From contig OY969815.1 in the NCBI GenBank assembly GCA_963703365.1, positions 1,227,263-1,291,262 on the forward strand: 64,000 bases of DNA, in the 5' to 3' direction. The notes under the pieces were generated by a model. The model was not told the origin of the DNA. It saw only the letters and a list, made by a program, of their open reading frames with translations, and ran no database searches. Shown here in pieces: positions 27,089-36,431 of the stretch (positions within the stretch are counted from its first letter, which is position 1; every line of letters begins with the position of its first letter). The DNA comes from an uncultured Bacteroidota bacterium. Its GTDB lineage: Bacteria > Bacteroidota > Ignavibacteria > Kryptoniales > JAKASW01. The translations under genes and the position numbers were made by a program.

Positions 27089-28636
27089 ATGAAAATGATA
27101 CTGAATAAATTAATCCCTATTCTTCTTGTCTGTCTCGTATCAATCCCAATGTCACTTCGGGCACAATCTTCGGATACTCTGATCATTCAAAACACCGGTG
27201 CAGATGCCTTGGCAAATGCAATAATGGGTGATACGCTGGCAAATGGCCAGCGCGCGAACCTGAACAGGGTTTATGTATTATTGAGGGGTCAACGATATAT
27301 CAACAGCGTATCGATCTCAACCAATGGCTATCATCTACGGATTATGGGACAGCCGGCCCTGGCGACCGGCTCTGATCCGGGACCTGCTGTGGTGCAACAT
27401 GGACCGGACAGCACAAATCATTATGACAATGACAGATTTCTTGATCTCCATGGTGATCTCAGTCTAAAGAATGTCTGGGTGTTGGCATGGATAGCGGACG
27501 GGCATCAAATGTGGGAACCGATTCTGGAAGAAACGGACAGTTCACACCTTTGGATAGATCATTGCATCTTTGAGTGGATGCGAGGTCCGGCAGTCCACGT
27601 TACCGGAAACTGGACAACGATCTACTTGACTAACAGCCTCGTCCGCAACGCAAATTACACCAACGAGTGGTGGGCTGGGCGCGTCATCTATTATACTGCA
27701 CCCGCCGACAGCCTGATAGAAATAAACAACACCGTCGAGAATGTCGGCTTCGGGCTTGTGCAGAGTCAGGGTATAGGGCTGAATTATTTCTTCTGCGACC
27801 ACAACACAGTTGTGAATTGCGCCAAGTTCTGCTTTCTCGAGAGCTATTGCTCTAATGCCTACATCGCCAACAATCTTTTTGTGAATTGTCACTTCGCTGG
27901 CGAACGGATGCAGGACCGTCCGCGACAGGATCCCGATTTACTCTTATACGGTCAAACTATAAACATAGATACTTTAAAGGCTGACGCAAGAAAATTGAGT
28001 CCCGCAGAAGCAGTTAAACTCTTCGGGACTGATGCTATTGTATTCGTTAACGGAAAAACATTGAGTCCGACTGACCCGCGGGAGCTCAATCGTATCATCG
28101 TTTACGGAAACAACGCGACCTATTTTGATACAACAGACTTCTATCCATTTTACCGTTTATATAATGATACAGTTGCATCTCAATCGGGAGACATTCTCCC
28201 GGAGCCGGTAATGAACTCAAGGACGGTAAGTATGTTCTCGTGGCATCCACGTATGATTAAGGTCGGCTCTGTCGATGGACAAAATCCCAATTTTGTTAAG
28301 ATGCCGCAGAACATGGCGTTGATCCTTGCGTTCCTAACCGACAGATATTCTCCAAATCCGAAGAATGACATTCTGTGGGGTTATGACCCGGACAGCCTGA
28401 ATGATCCCTCAGCACGTATGTCTTCGCGGAATATGACCATGGTTTATAGCAACTCTTCCGGCGGAACGTACCCCACTCCCGAGGATTTCTCCTACACCAA
28501 TCCACAACTCCGGACTGCAGGGACCAACGGCTTTCCAGTTGGCGACCTTAATTGGTTCCCGGGCAGGATGTCAAAGTGGAATCTGAAAGACGATGTCTCG
28601 GCATTTGGGAAGATTCTCATCAAGTCAGGACCCTGA
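27089..28636 (+). CDS. Secreted parallel beta-helix protein, no T9SS CTD
   Basis: Signal peptide; Asn ladders (NNT, DHNTVVN, ANNLFVN); AGTNGFPVGDLNWFP end motif. Confidence 0.65.
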   Translation: MKMILNKLIPILLVCLVSIPMSLRAQSSDTLIIQNTGADALANAIMGDTLANGQRANLNRVYVLLRGQRYINSVSISTNGYHLRIMGQPALATGSDPGPAVVQHGPDSTNHYDNDRFLDLHGDLSLKNVWVLAWIADGHQMWEPILEETDSSHLWIDHCIFEWMRGPAVHVTGNWTTIYLTNSLVRNANYTNEWWAGRVIYYTAPADSLIEINNTVENVGFGLVQSQGIGLNYFFCDHNTVVNCAKFCFLESYCSNAYIANNLFVNCHFAGERMQDRPRQDPDLLLYGQTINIDTLKADARKLSPAEAVKLFGTDAIVFVNGKTLSPTDPRELNRIIVYGNNATYFDTTDFYPFYRLYNDTVASQSGDILPEPVMNSRTVSMFSWHPRMIKVGSVDGQNPNFVKMPQNMALILAFLTDRYSPNPKNDILWGYDPDSLNDPSARMSSRNMTMVYSNSSGGTYPTPEDFSYTNPQLRTAGTNGFPVGDLNWFPGRMSKWNLKDDVSAFGKILIKSGP

Positions 28637-28727
28637 TAGCCATGGTACGAGGAGCAATACACTCAGAGGAAGAAATGGATGATATTTGGAAGTAGAAGCT
28701 TTTGATTTTCTGCTCCTGAAGGGATTT

Positions 28728-28781
28728 TCAGCTAAGGCCGGATGAGCCTTCCACCGAAAAGATGGCGGACGAGTCGGCTCA
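28728..28781 (+). repeat. Degenerate twin-hairpin element interrupted by a second ~24-bp hairpin
   Basis: TCAGCTAAGGCCGGA-TGAGCCT[TCCACCGAAAAGATGGCGGACGAG]TCGGCTCA. Confidence 0.55.
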
Positions 28782-28833
28782 GCCCCCCAACCATCAGAAA
28801 AAACCTCAAGAATCCGGAGCCAAGTGATGAGAG

Positions 28834-28907
28834 TGCGCCTGGAGGGATTCGAACCCCCAACCCTCAGATCCGTAGTCTGATGCTCTATCCAATTGAGCTA
28901 CAGGCGC
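28834..28907 (-). tRNA. tRNA-Arg(ACG), CCA not encoded
   Basis: GCGCCTG acceptor stem, TAGCTCAATTGGATAGAGC D-arm, TCAGA-CTACGGA-TCTGA anticodon arm, GGTTCGAATCC T-arm. Confidence 0.97.
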
Positions 28908-29226
28908 AGTATGATTAAATTAGCATTCGGAAAACAAAATTCAAACAGTTTGAAACCACTGGTAGTGGCTCAGTTTAAATCAAGCCGCTATCCTTTCCTG
29001 TCCATAATTTAAGAAATCTTTCTACGTCATTGAATGCCTACTGATTCCCGCCTCCATGGCTGGCGTAGCTCTAACCGTTTCCTCAATACGCATGAAATTA
29101 TAATGGAAGAAGTGCAAAGCGATTTATTTGTAAAAATATTTGCTGGGTTTCTTGCCTTGTGGATGTACTTGAAATTTTAACGTTGAACTGCGAAATTAAA
29201 AATCTAGGATTGACACAGGGTATTTA

Positions 29227-30093
29227 ATGAGCCAACAAAGTCAGGAACCGCCCAAAATACAAACCAAGAACGAAGGCGGCAATTATCAGAAAAGCAATGT
29301 CGGAGGGAGAGAGTATATTGCCTACTCTCTAGGAGCTGTCGGTACTATTGCCTTTGTTTACGTGACCTTTTTCGATCATGATATTAGCCTTTGGATAGCG
29401 TTTTTTGGGGGATTCATTGTATTAACAGGTATTGTTGTGGGGTTGCATGGCAAAGTGAAGTCAACTCTTTTATATCCCATCCTTTTTATATTAGTCATGA
29501 TTTTGCTTTTAGTCACGCTTTCTTTGCGGAGCGGAAATAAGCCTTCGCAAACCTCCACTACTTTAATTGTTTCAAAAGATTCACTCCAAAGCACAAAAGC
29601 CTTTCTGATTTCTGCCGAATCAACAATGGCAAACGCTAATCATAAGTTAGCGCTGGCTCAGAAATATTTTGAAGTTGGAAACAAACCATATATTGACATT
29701 TCAATTAATGATGTGGTTTTAGAGAAAGGAGCCCCCATTTCCCTAAACCTAAAGTTAGAAAATATTGGTAAATCGCCGGCATATCACTTTTTCAACATGA
29801 CTCGTTTATGTATAGATTCGGTTACAGATAATGACTCTATTGATGTGCTAACGATCGCAAAGCGACATAAAAGAGATAATGTTAGTCCTCTTGTAAAAGA
29901 ATTTAATCTCACAAAGACTCTTTTTCATTCACTTTCTGAAACACAGTTTAGTTACTTCTCAAATAAAACTCTTTTTGTGTTGGGCGCCATAAGTTACTAT
30001 GATGATCCGGGCAAGTATCACTTGTTCTTTTTCTGTTATAAACTTCTAAAGAATAAATATGAAGACTACGCGAAATATAATTCTGGACATTAA
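29227..30093 (+). CDS. AT-rich hypothetical membrane protein (3 N-terminal TM helices plus a soluble domain)
   Basis: 288-aa ORF with hydrophobic segments; visibly lower GC than its neighbours. Confidence 0.65.
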   Translation: MSQQSQEPPKIQTKNEGGNYQKSNVGGREYIAYSLGAVGTIAFVYVTFFDHDISLWIAFFGGFIVLTGIVVGLHGKVKSTLLYPILFILVMILLLVTLSLRSGNKPSQTSTTLIVSKDSLQSTKAFLISAESTMANANHKLALAQKYFEVGNKPYIDISINDVVLEKGAPISLNLKLENIGKSPAYHFFNMTRLCIDSVTDNDSIDVLTIAKRHKRDNVSPLVKEFNLTKTLFHSLSETQFSYFSNKTLFVLGAISYYDDPGKYHLFFFCYKLLKNKYEDYAKYNSGH

Positions 30094-30236
30094 ACTCCTT
30101 TCGCTTGTAAAAATCAAATTGAGCCACCTAGTCATAAACTGAGCCTTTACCAAACTATTTCAATTTACTTGCAGAAAAAGATTTCCCGATCCGCAGGGCG
30201 GTTTAATCCTGATAGACCCACACAAAATTTATGGAG

Positions 30237-30330
30237 AAACCACGAAGAGCGCTAAGACACGCCAAGATAATTGATGTTAAAAATTCTTTGACCATTATTT
30301 CCTGTGCGTTGCTTGCGATTTTAGCGGTCA
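30237..30330. repeat. Degenerate intergenic inverted repeat (same family as 5359-5450)
   Basis: AACCACGAAGAGCGCTAAGACACGCCAAG … CTGTGCGTTGCTTGCGATTTTAGCGGT. Confidence 0.55.
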
Positions 30331-30436
30331 GATTTTTTATGTCGCTCTCTAAACGAATATTTCCAAAGATATTACGGCTTCAAGTAAACTCGGAAGTGAG
30401 CTTGAATAACTCATTGTGAATCTATAAATTCCAAAA

Positions 30437-33400
30437 GTGAAAATTGCAGAGATAATCATTTTTGTCGCACTAGTTGAGGGATTTCCATCTATATCGCTGT
30501 GCCAGGTTGCCGGTGGTAAGGTCGAGGAACAGCAAGATTATTCGTTTGCCGTCGGCTTATACCGCGACGGCCAGTACGAGTTAGCACTTCAACAATTCAG
30601 GTCGTTACTGAAAAATTATCCAAACTCTCAACGAATCGATGAAATAACTTTTTTGTCAGGCGAATGTCTCATCCAAATGAAGATGTACGACAGCGCGCTG
30701 ATCGACTACCGGAATGTGATGGAAAACTATCCAGGTTCAAGTTACTTCACGCGTTCCGAGCTGCGATCCGGTGAAGTGTCTGTGCAGCTTAACGAGTTCG
30801 ACAAAGCCGAAAAACTCTTAAAAGAAGTTTTGTCCGGAAATACTGACGATGCTTTGAAAGGTGAAGCATCTTATAAGTTAGGACAAATGTTTGTGGACAA
30901 AGAGGACTACACGAACGCAATAAAATATTTTCAACTTTCTTATGAAGGATACAAGAATTCCGGTTTTGCCGATTACGCTCTGTATGGCAAAGCGTGGTGC
31001 ACTGGGAAGCTCAGCGAATACACGGAAGCCAAAGAAGAATTTCAAGAGATGCTTGCCGATTATCCCGATTCAAAGCTGAAGGCAGACGCTACAGAAAAAA
31101 TCGGCGAGTGCGATTTCTTTCAAGGAAATTACCAGAAGGCAATTCAAGAATTTTCAAATTCTACCGCAATTTCTTCGGAAGAGCAAGTTGCTGAACCGGC
31201 ATTGTATTACGAGGGCAGATCTTATGAAGCTGCAGATTTGCCGGACAGCGCCGGCTCGGTTTACACTGAATACATGAACAAGTTTCCTTCGGGCGATCAT
31301 TCCGATGAAGTGAGAGTTTTTCTTTCTAAAATTTTGATTGCAGAGAAAAGTCATGCGCGCGAAGCTCTGGAGCTTCTGAGCAAAGTGGAGCACAAGAATC
31401 CGGTTTACTTTGATGCAAGATTGGAAACTGCTCATGCTTATGAAACTGCCGGGTCCCCCGATTCCGCAGAATTGACTCTCAATGAATTGACCAAGCCCCC
31501 GAATTCTCTAAGAGAAATTTCCAGTGCTTATTATGAATTGGGAAAACTGTATTACAATGAGAAGTCGTATTCCAAAAGTGTGGAATCCTTTTTAAATGCT
31601 TCCCCCGATACTTCATTGTACCCCGAAGCCATGAAAAATGCAGCTATCTCTGCAGCTGCGGGGGGAGATTACAAAAATGCCAAGGTCTATTTCCTTAATG
31701 CTATTATGAAACTTCAAAGAGAGGAGCTGCTGACCGCACATTTTGATTATGCAGCAGCGTTGTATGCGACAAAGGATTACGACGGCGCGGCGCAAATATA
31801 TTTGGCTGCAGAAAAACTTGCGTCTTCTCCGCCTGAGGCGGATGCGCCTTTGGCGCACGATAAAGAACAATCTGAAGCATTATATATGGCGGCAGAATCT
31901 TTCTATGGCGCAAAAAATTATTCGTCATCGTTGACTGATTACAAAAAATATCTTCAAGCTTATCCTAACGGCACTCACTCGGCAACCGCCCTCTTTGGAG
32001 TAGGGTACTCTTACTATTTTTCCAATGAATTCACAAACGCCGCTCATATATTTCAACAATTTGTCGATTCATATCCGAACTCACCGCTGCTTTCAGACGC
32101 TTATCTCAGACTTGGTGATGCTTACTTCTACAACAAAGATTACGAAAAAGCACTCGGTGTTTATCAAGAGGCGGCGACAAAATTTCAGGCTGATACGTCG
32201 ACGGCGTACGCCGTCTATCAAGTCGGCGAATCTAATTTTTGGTTAGGACGATTAGATGCCGCGACGGCTGCATTTAGATCGCTGCTGAAAAATTATCCTG
32301 AATCGTCAATTGTGTCTGATGCTCAATTTGCGATCGGCTGGGTTTATTTTTCCCAGAAGCAATATCCGCAAGCAATTTCAGAGTTTAAAAATACTGTTTT
32401 GAATTACCCGAACAGTGCTGCCGCTGCGAGAGCGCTTTACAGCCAAGGCGATGCATATTACAATCTTCAAAATTATGATGATGCACTTGCGAGTTATCAG
32501 AGGCTCCTCGCAAAATATCCGACAAGCGATTATGTCGATAACGCGATAGTCGGGATGCAATATTGTCTGACAGTTTTGGGAAGAACGAAAGAAGCTGAGA
32601 CCGTGACGGATGATTTCGTTCGCGCTCATCCGCAGCTCGCGCACATCGACAGGATCTATTATAAAAAAGCGGAATATGGTTTGAACCAAAAACACTACAC
32701 CGAAGCCGAACGCGACTTGAGAGAGTTCATTGTTAAATTTCCGAAAAGTGAAATATTAGGAAAGGCTCTTTATAACCTTGCACTTGTAGAAATAAATTTA
32801 GGAAGAGAAAAGGCTGCTATAGGTATACTATCTGACTTAATTGACAAGCAGCCGTGGGATGAATATACTGACGCCGGAAGGATTAAGCTTGCTGAGATTT
32901 ATCAAGGACAAAAAGAATACACGGTAGCTCAGAAACTTCTTGAGAATGCTGCGGCGTCAGGTGATGTGTATGGCACGAAAGCGCAAACCGATCTTGGAAA
33001 ACTTTATCTTGCGGAAGGTGATACTCTGAAAGCGGAATCAACTCTTTCAAAGGCAGCCCTCACACAGTCTGATTCTTCTGCGCTGGAGGTGCATCAACCT
33101 CCGGCTGAAAATAATGAAGACCGGGATGAAGCAAAAATTTTGTTAAGCAGCATATATTTCAATCGCGGACGAAGTGAGGACGCAATTTCTTTGGCGAATT
33201 CGGTGGCGAAGACGCGTGATGATACTGTCGGGGCTGATGCACAGCTCAAAGTTGCCGAATATTATTGCGACTACGGCGACACCTCCAACGCAGTGCTTTC
33301 TTTTCTACGCGTGAAATATGTGTATGCAAGCTTCACGGACATAGTCGCAGAGTCGCAGCTTGAGCTTGCCGATTGCCTGGCAAAGTCAGGAAACAAGCGC

Positions 33401-33499
33401 GAAGCGCGAGCTCTTCTTCGTGATTTTATCAAAGGGAGGGCGGACGATTCGTTTACGAAATTGGCAAGAGAGAAATTGGAAGAATTTGGTGCGGATTAA
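30437..33499 (+). CDS. Large periplasmic TPR protein (BamD/CpoB-like repeats)
   Basis: Many A-x-Y-x-x-G…A-x-x-x-F-x-x-x-x-x-x-YP-x-S repeats; signal peptide. Confidence 0.9.
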   Translation: MKIAEIIIFVALVEGFPSISLCQVAGGKVEEQQDYSFAVGLYRDGQYELALQQFRSLLKNYPNSQRIDEITFLSGECLIQMKMYDSALIDYRNVMENYPGSSYFTRSELRSGEVSVQLNEFDKAEKLLKEVLSGNTDDALKGEASYKLGQMFVDKEDYTNAIKYFQLSYEGYKNSGFADYALYGKAWCTGKLSEYTEAKEEFQEMLADYPDSKLKADATEKIGECDFFQGNYQKAIQEFSNSTAISSEEQVAEPALYYEGRSYEAADLPDSAGSVYTEYMNKFPSGDHSDEVRVFLSKILIAEKSHAREALELLSKVEHKNPVYFDARLETAHAYETAGSPDSAELTLNELTKPPNSLREISSAYYELGKLYYNEKSYSKSVESFLNASPDTSLYPEAMKNAAISAAAGGDYKNAKVYFLNAIMKLQREELLTAHFDYAAALYATKDYDGAAQIYLAAEKLASSPPEADAPLAHDKEQSEALYMAAESFYGAKNYSSSLTDYKKYLQAYPNGTHSATALFGVGYSYYFSNEFTNAAHIFQQFVDSYPNSPLLSDAYLRLGDAYFYNKDYEKALGVYQEAATKFQADTSTAYAVYQVGESNFWLGRLDAATAAFRSLLKNYPESSIVSDAQFAIGWVYFSQKQYPQAISEFKNTVLNYPNSAAAARALYSQGDAYYNLQNYDDALASYQRLLAKYPTSDYVDNAIVGMQYCLTVLGRTKEAETVTDDFVRAHPQLAHIDRIYYKKAEYGLNQKHYTEAERDLREFIVKFPKSEILGKALYNLALVEINLGREKAAIGILSDLIDKQPWDEYTDAGRIKLAEIYQGQKEYTVAQKLLENAAASGDVYGTKAQTDLGKLYLAEGDTLKAESTLSKAALTQSDSSALEVHQPPAENNEDRDEAKILLSSIYFNRGRSEDAISLANSVAKTRDDTVGADAQLKVAEYYCDYGDTSNAVLSFLRVKYVYASFTDIVAESQLELADCLAKSGNKREARALLRDFIKGRADDSFTKLAREKLEEFGAD
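31828..31857 (+). repeat. 30-bp twin-hairpin element, in frame in the TPR gene (PPEADAPLAH)
   Basis: TCCGCC-TGA-GGCGGA + TGCGCC-TTT-GGCGCA. Confidence 0.88.
33079..33108 (-). repeat. 30-bp twin-hairpin element, reverse orientation, in frame in the TPR gene (ALEVHQPPAE)
   Basis: Reverse complement reads TCAGCC-GGA-GGTTGA + TGCACC-TCC-AGCGCA. Confidence 0.75.
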
Positions 33500-33560
33500 A
33501 TTTATTGATAAACCTCAGTCTCCTGGAAATGCATTTTGTTAAATAAAAGCAAAAATATTT

Positions 33561-33686
33561 TTAACCGTAGAGGACGTGGAGACACGCAAAGGCGATTGAT
33601 TGGAATATGCTTTGATCATTTATTTCCTTGGGGACCCTTTGCAGTCTTAGCAGTTAATTTGTTTGGTTGCGGCTATGCCGCGTTAG
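33561..33686. repeat. Degenerate inverted repeat followed by a small REP-like hairpin TTGGTTGCGGC-TAT-GCCGCGTTAG
   Basis: TTAACCGTAGAGGACGTGGAGACACGCAAAGG … CCTTGGGGACCCTTTGCAGTCTTAGCAGTTAA. Confidence 0.6.
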
Positions 33687-33698
33687 GAGAATAATTGA

Positions 33699-34133
33699 AT
33701 GAATAAGACCGCGGTCTATTATGGCACACTCGTTACAATAATTATTCTGGCGTTGATTGTTTCCTCTAATTTGAATAAAACGCCGGATTTAAAACCTAAA
33801 TTTGCAGACGATGTGACTAGCCAGATATTAAGTCCTGATTCAAACAACACCTTCGGCGACAACCTGAAAGTCCTTCACGGCATCCATTCGCGCGATCAGT
33901 TATTGAACGTAATGCGCGGCTTCACAGAAGCGCTCGGGGTAAAATGCGATTTTTGCCACAACTCAGATAATTTCTCAAGTGATGAAAAGATCCAGAAGAG
34001 AACCGCGCGCGTTATGATTAAGATGGTTGCGAACATGGATGAAAATTATTTAGTCGGTCAGCAAACCGAGAAAGCGACTTGTTTCACATGCCATCGTGGA
34101 GCTAGCATTCCAAAATTGGTAGCGGGAAGGTGA
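33699..34133 (+). CDS. Membrane-anchored di-heme c-type cytochrome (reaction-centre cytochrome c subunit-like family)
   Basis: CDFCH and CFTCHRG; NLKVL, M-x-x-F-x-x-ALGV-x-C, AR-x-MI-x-M. Confidence 0.85.
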   Translation: MNKTAVYYGTLVTIIILALIVSSNLNKTPDLKPKFADDVTSQILSPDSNNTFGDNLKVLHGIHSRDQLLNVMRGFTEALGVKCDFCHNSDNFSSDEKIQKRTARVMIKMVANMDENYLVGQQTEKATCFTCHRGASIPKLVAGR

Positions 34134-35794
34134 GAAATAGGATTGCTGAAATATTATCTATGATATTTGCTCTCGTGTCGATAGCGCATGCACAGGGATT
34201 GGAGTCACCACCAGTAACTATCTTTAAGCCGGACACCTCGCTTCCAAAAATGAATGTCCCTGAATTTGTGATAACCGGCAAGGCACAAGTTGATCTGCCG
34301 GAGCCGGAGAAGCAATCGATCGAGATTGATTCATCCTATTTTCAAGGACAGAACCTTCAAGGGATCGGAATAAATGTACCGATGAATTCATTCAGCAGTC
34401 AAGGGATAGGGGCTTCGGAGAATCTACCAAGTCTTTTTGCGCGGGTTTCAATGGGAAGTTACACAACGACAAATTATTTACTCTCAGGCGGCGGGGATGC
34501 AAACGGATATTTATTGCACGGCAGTCTGTTGGGCAATTATACTTCCGGTTTTATCCCTTATACGATCAAGCGCAACTTCGCGATTCAAGCCGGGGTAGAA
34601 AAAGATTTTGAGGTTGATCAAGGCACAAAGATAGGAAATTCACTGGATATTGGATATTCTCGCGACAGCTATTTCCTTTATGGCGAAAATCATACTTTGG
34701 AATTTCCTGCTAGGATGACTGAGCATTTTACCGCAGGCATTAGTTCTGATTTAAGTTTCGGTGAGTTACCGTTTTCGATTGGACTCGGCTTCGAGAGATT
34801 TTCGATGAATAATATTTGGAACGGAATTCAATCTGCATTGAAGCTTCAAGCATCTACGTACGTTGATGTGTCATCTGGTTCGATTGGGATCGATGGTTCA
34901 GTGAGGATTGGGAATCACGAAATTAGTGACCAGAGCATTGCTGGTCTGCCAGGAGAGTCTTTTAATAAACCATTTTACAATTTGAGAGTTGGTGCTGATT
35001 ACAGCAATACCTTAGGGGATTTTTCGTATTCCTTGGGACTGAATTATTTCCAGTATGAAGATGATTCGTCGAACGGAATCGCAAGGCTCTACCCCGACCT
35101 GCGCGCGAATTACAAAGTGAATGATGAGCTGTCTCTATTTGCGACATTCCATGGTACAATCAATGAGCCGGAGCTGTCGAGTTTTGTTTCAACAAATAAT
35201 TATATTGATGGGGCGCTTCCGCTTCAGGACACTCAAGATTTTGCAGATTTTACTCTTGGAGGAAAAGGTGCGGCGACGAACGAATTGGCAATTATTCCGC
35301 AGATCAATATTGAATCTGCGAAATATCTCCCAGTATTTGTTTCGGATCCCTATTATAATGAAGGATTCCTTTTCTACGCCAATAGGGCAACCATCTTCAC
35401 TGCTTCGGTCACAATGGAATACAAGAATGACCAGTTCAGTGCTAACGCAATCTTGGATTGGCGAACTGGCACAGCAGATTCTTTAAATCCCATTCCGAAT
35501 CTTGCTCCGTTTGACGTGAATGCGAACGCAAATTATCAGATCATGCCGCAATTCAGCCTGAGCGCGTCTCTTCTTATGCTTTCACCACGATATTACTATT
35601 TGGTATTGATCAACAAACTTAGTTCGTCATGGCTTCTCGGCTTTCGTCTCTCATACGATCTGTCAGTTGGACAAATGCCGCTTGAGTTTTTCGCAGAAGG
35701 AAACAATTTGCTGAATCAAAAATATTATATATGGCAAGGTTATCAGGAATTCCCATTGACTCTTTCTCTCGGAATCAGCGGCAAAATCCTATGA
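34130..35794 (+). CDS. Outer-membrane beta-barrel protein (TonB-dependent-receptor-like C-terminus)
   Basis: Signal peptide; PEFVITG; NNLLNQKY-x-x-W-x-GY end motif. Confidence 0.7.
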   Translation: MRNRIAEILSMIFALVSIAHAQGLESPPVTIFKPDTSLPKMNVPEFVITGKAQVDLPEPEKQSIEIDSSYFQGQNLQGIGINVPMNSFSSQGIGASENLPSLFARVSMGSYTTTNYLLSGGGDANGYLLHGSLLGNYTSGFIPYTIKRNFAIQAGVEKDFEVDQGTKIGNSLDIGYSRDSYFLYGENHTLEFPARMTEHFTAGISSDLSFGELPFSIGLGFERFSMNNIWNGIQSALKLQASTYVDVSSGSIGIDGSVRIGNHEISDQSIAGLPGESFNKPFYNLRVGADYSNTLGDFSYSLGLNYFQYEDDSSNGIARLYPDLRANYKVNDELSLFATFHGTINEPELSSFVSTNNYIDGALPLQDTQDFADFTLGGKGAATNELAIIPQINIESAKYLPVFVSDPYYNEGFLFYANRATIFTASVTMEYKNDQFSANAILDWRTGTADSLNPIPNLAPFDVNANANYQIMPQFSLSASLLMLSPRYYYLVLINKLSSSWLLGFRLSYDLSVGQMPLEFFAEGNNLLNQKYYIWQGYQEFPLTLSLGISGKIL

Positions 35795-35894
35795 AATTTA
35801 GCATTTTCAAATGTGCCATCATACATATTGCATCAATTGAAAATATTTAGCATTTTGAGTGTGAAATGTTAAACCAATCGAGGAGGATCGTAAA

Positions 35895-36431
35895 ATGGGT
35901 AACTTGAACTTTCAGGACGAGCACGACGCCAAATCTCAGCAGCCGGCTCCTCCTGCTCATCACACCGATGAACCCGAAGCGGAAGACATATTTGCTGATG
36001 AGCCGACAACGGGCTCTAAATTTCTTTGGGGTGCGATTGTTGTGATAGTTATTGCCGGCATAGTGGGCGGACTATACTTGCTGAACAAACACGGCTACTT
36101 AAATTTTAGGAGCAAGCATGAGGCAGCGGCGGTTGTAAATGAATCAGCCCCCACTCCACCGCCAAACAACTTTGCACCACCAGCCAAACCGTCAGGCAAA
36201 TTTGCGCTGCAAGTTTCTGCATTCAGAACAAAGCTTCTTGCAGATAATTACGTAGCGAAGTTAAAGATGAAAGGGATCGATGCGTATGTGTTTTCCGGAG
36301 ATACTCCGGATGAGGTGAAATGGTTTAAAGTTTGTGTAGGATCATTCGATACAAAACTCCGCGCGATAGCTGCAACTGAAGAGTTGAAGAGGAAGGTTGG
36401 AACAGATGTCTGGGTTGTACCAGCGCAATGA
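35895..36431 (+). CDS. SPOR-domain membrane protein
   Basis: TM helix; FALQVSAF…WFKV-x-VG-x-F. Confidence 0.85.
   Translation: MGNLNFQDEHDAKSQQPAPPAHHTDEPEAEDIFADEPTTGSKFLWGAIVVIVIAGIVGGLYLLNKHGYLNFRSKHEAAAVVNESAPTPPPNNFAPPAKPSGKFALQVSAFRTKLLADNYVAKLKMKGIDAYVFSGDTPDEVKWFKVCVGSFDTKLRAIAATEELKRKVGTDVWVVPAQ

Noticed and set aside
30402-30439. Leaderless transcript for the TPR gene (TTGAAT-N17-TAAATT, 6 nt before GTG)
   Set aside because: Plausible, but the promoter match is weak in AT-rich DNA and cannot be supported without TSS data
33699-34133. Evidence of photosynthesis from the reaction-centre-like cytochrome
   Set aside because: Only two hemes and no puf/psc/bch genes nearby; this small family also occurs in non-phototrophs
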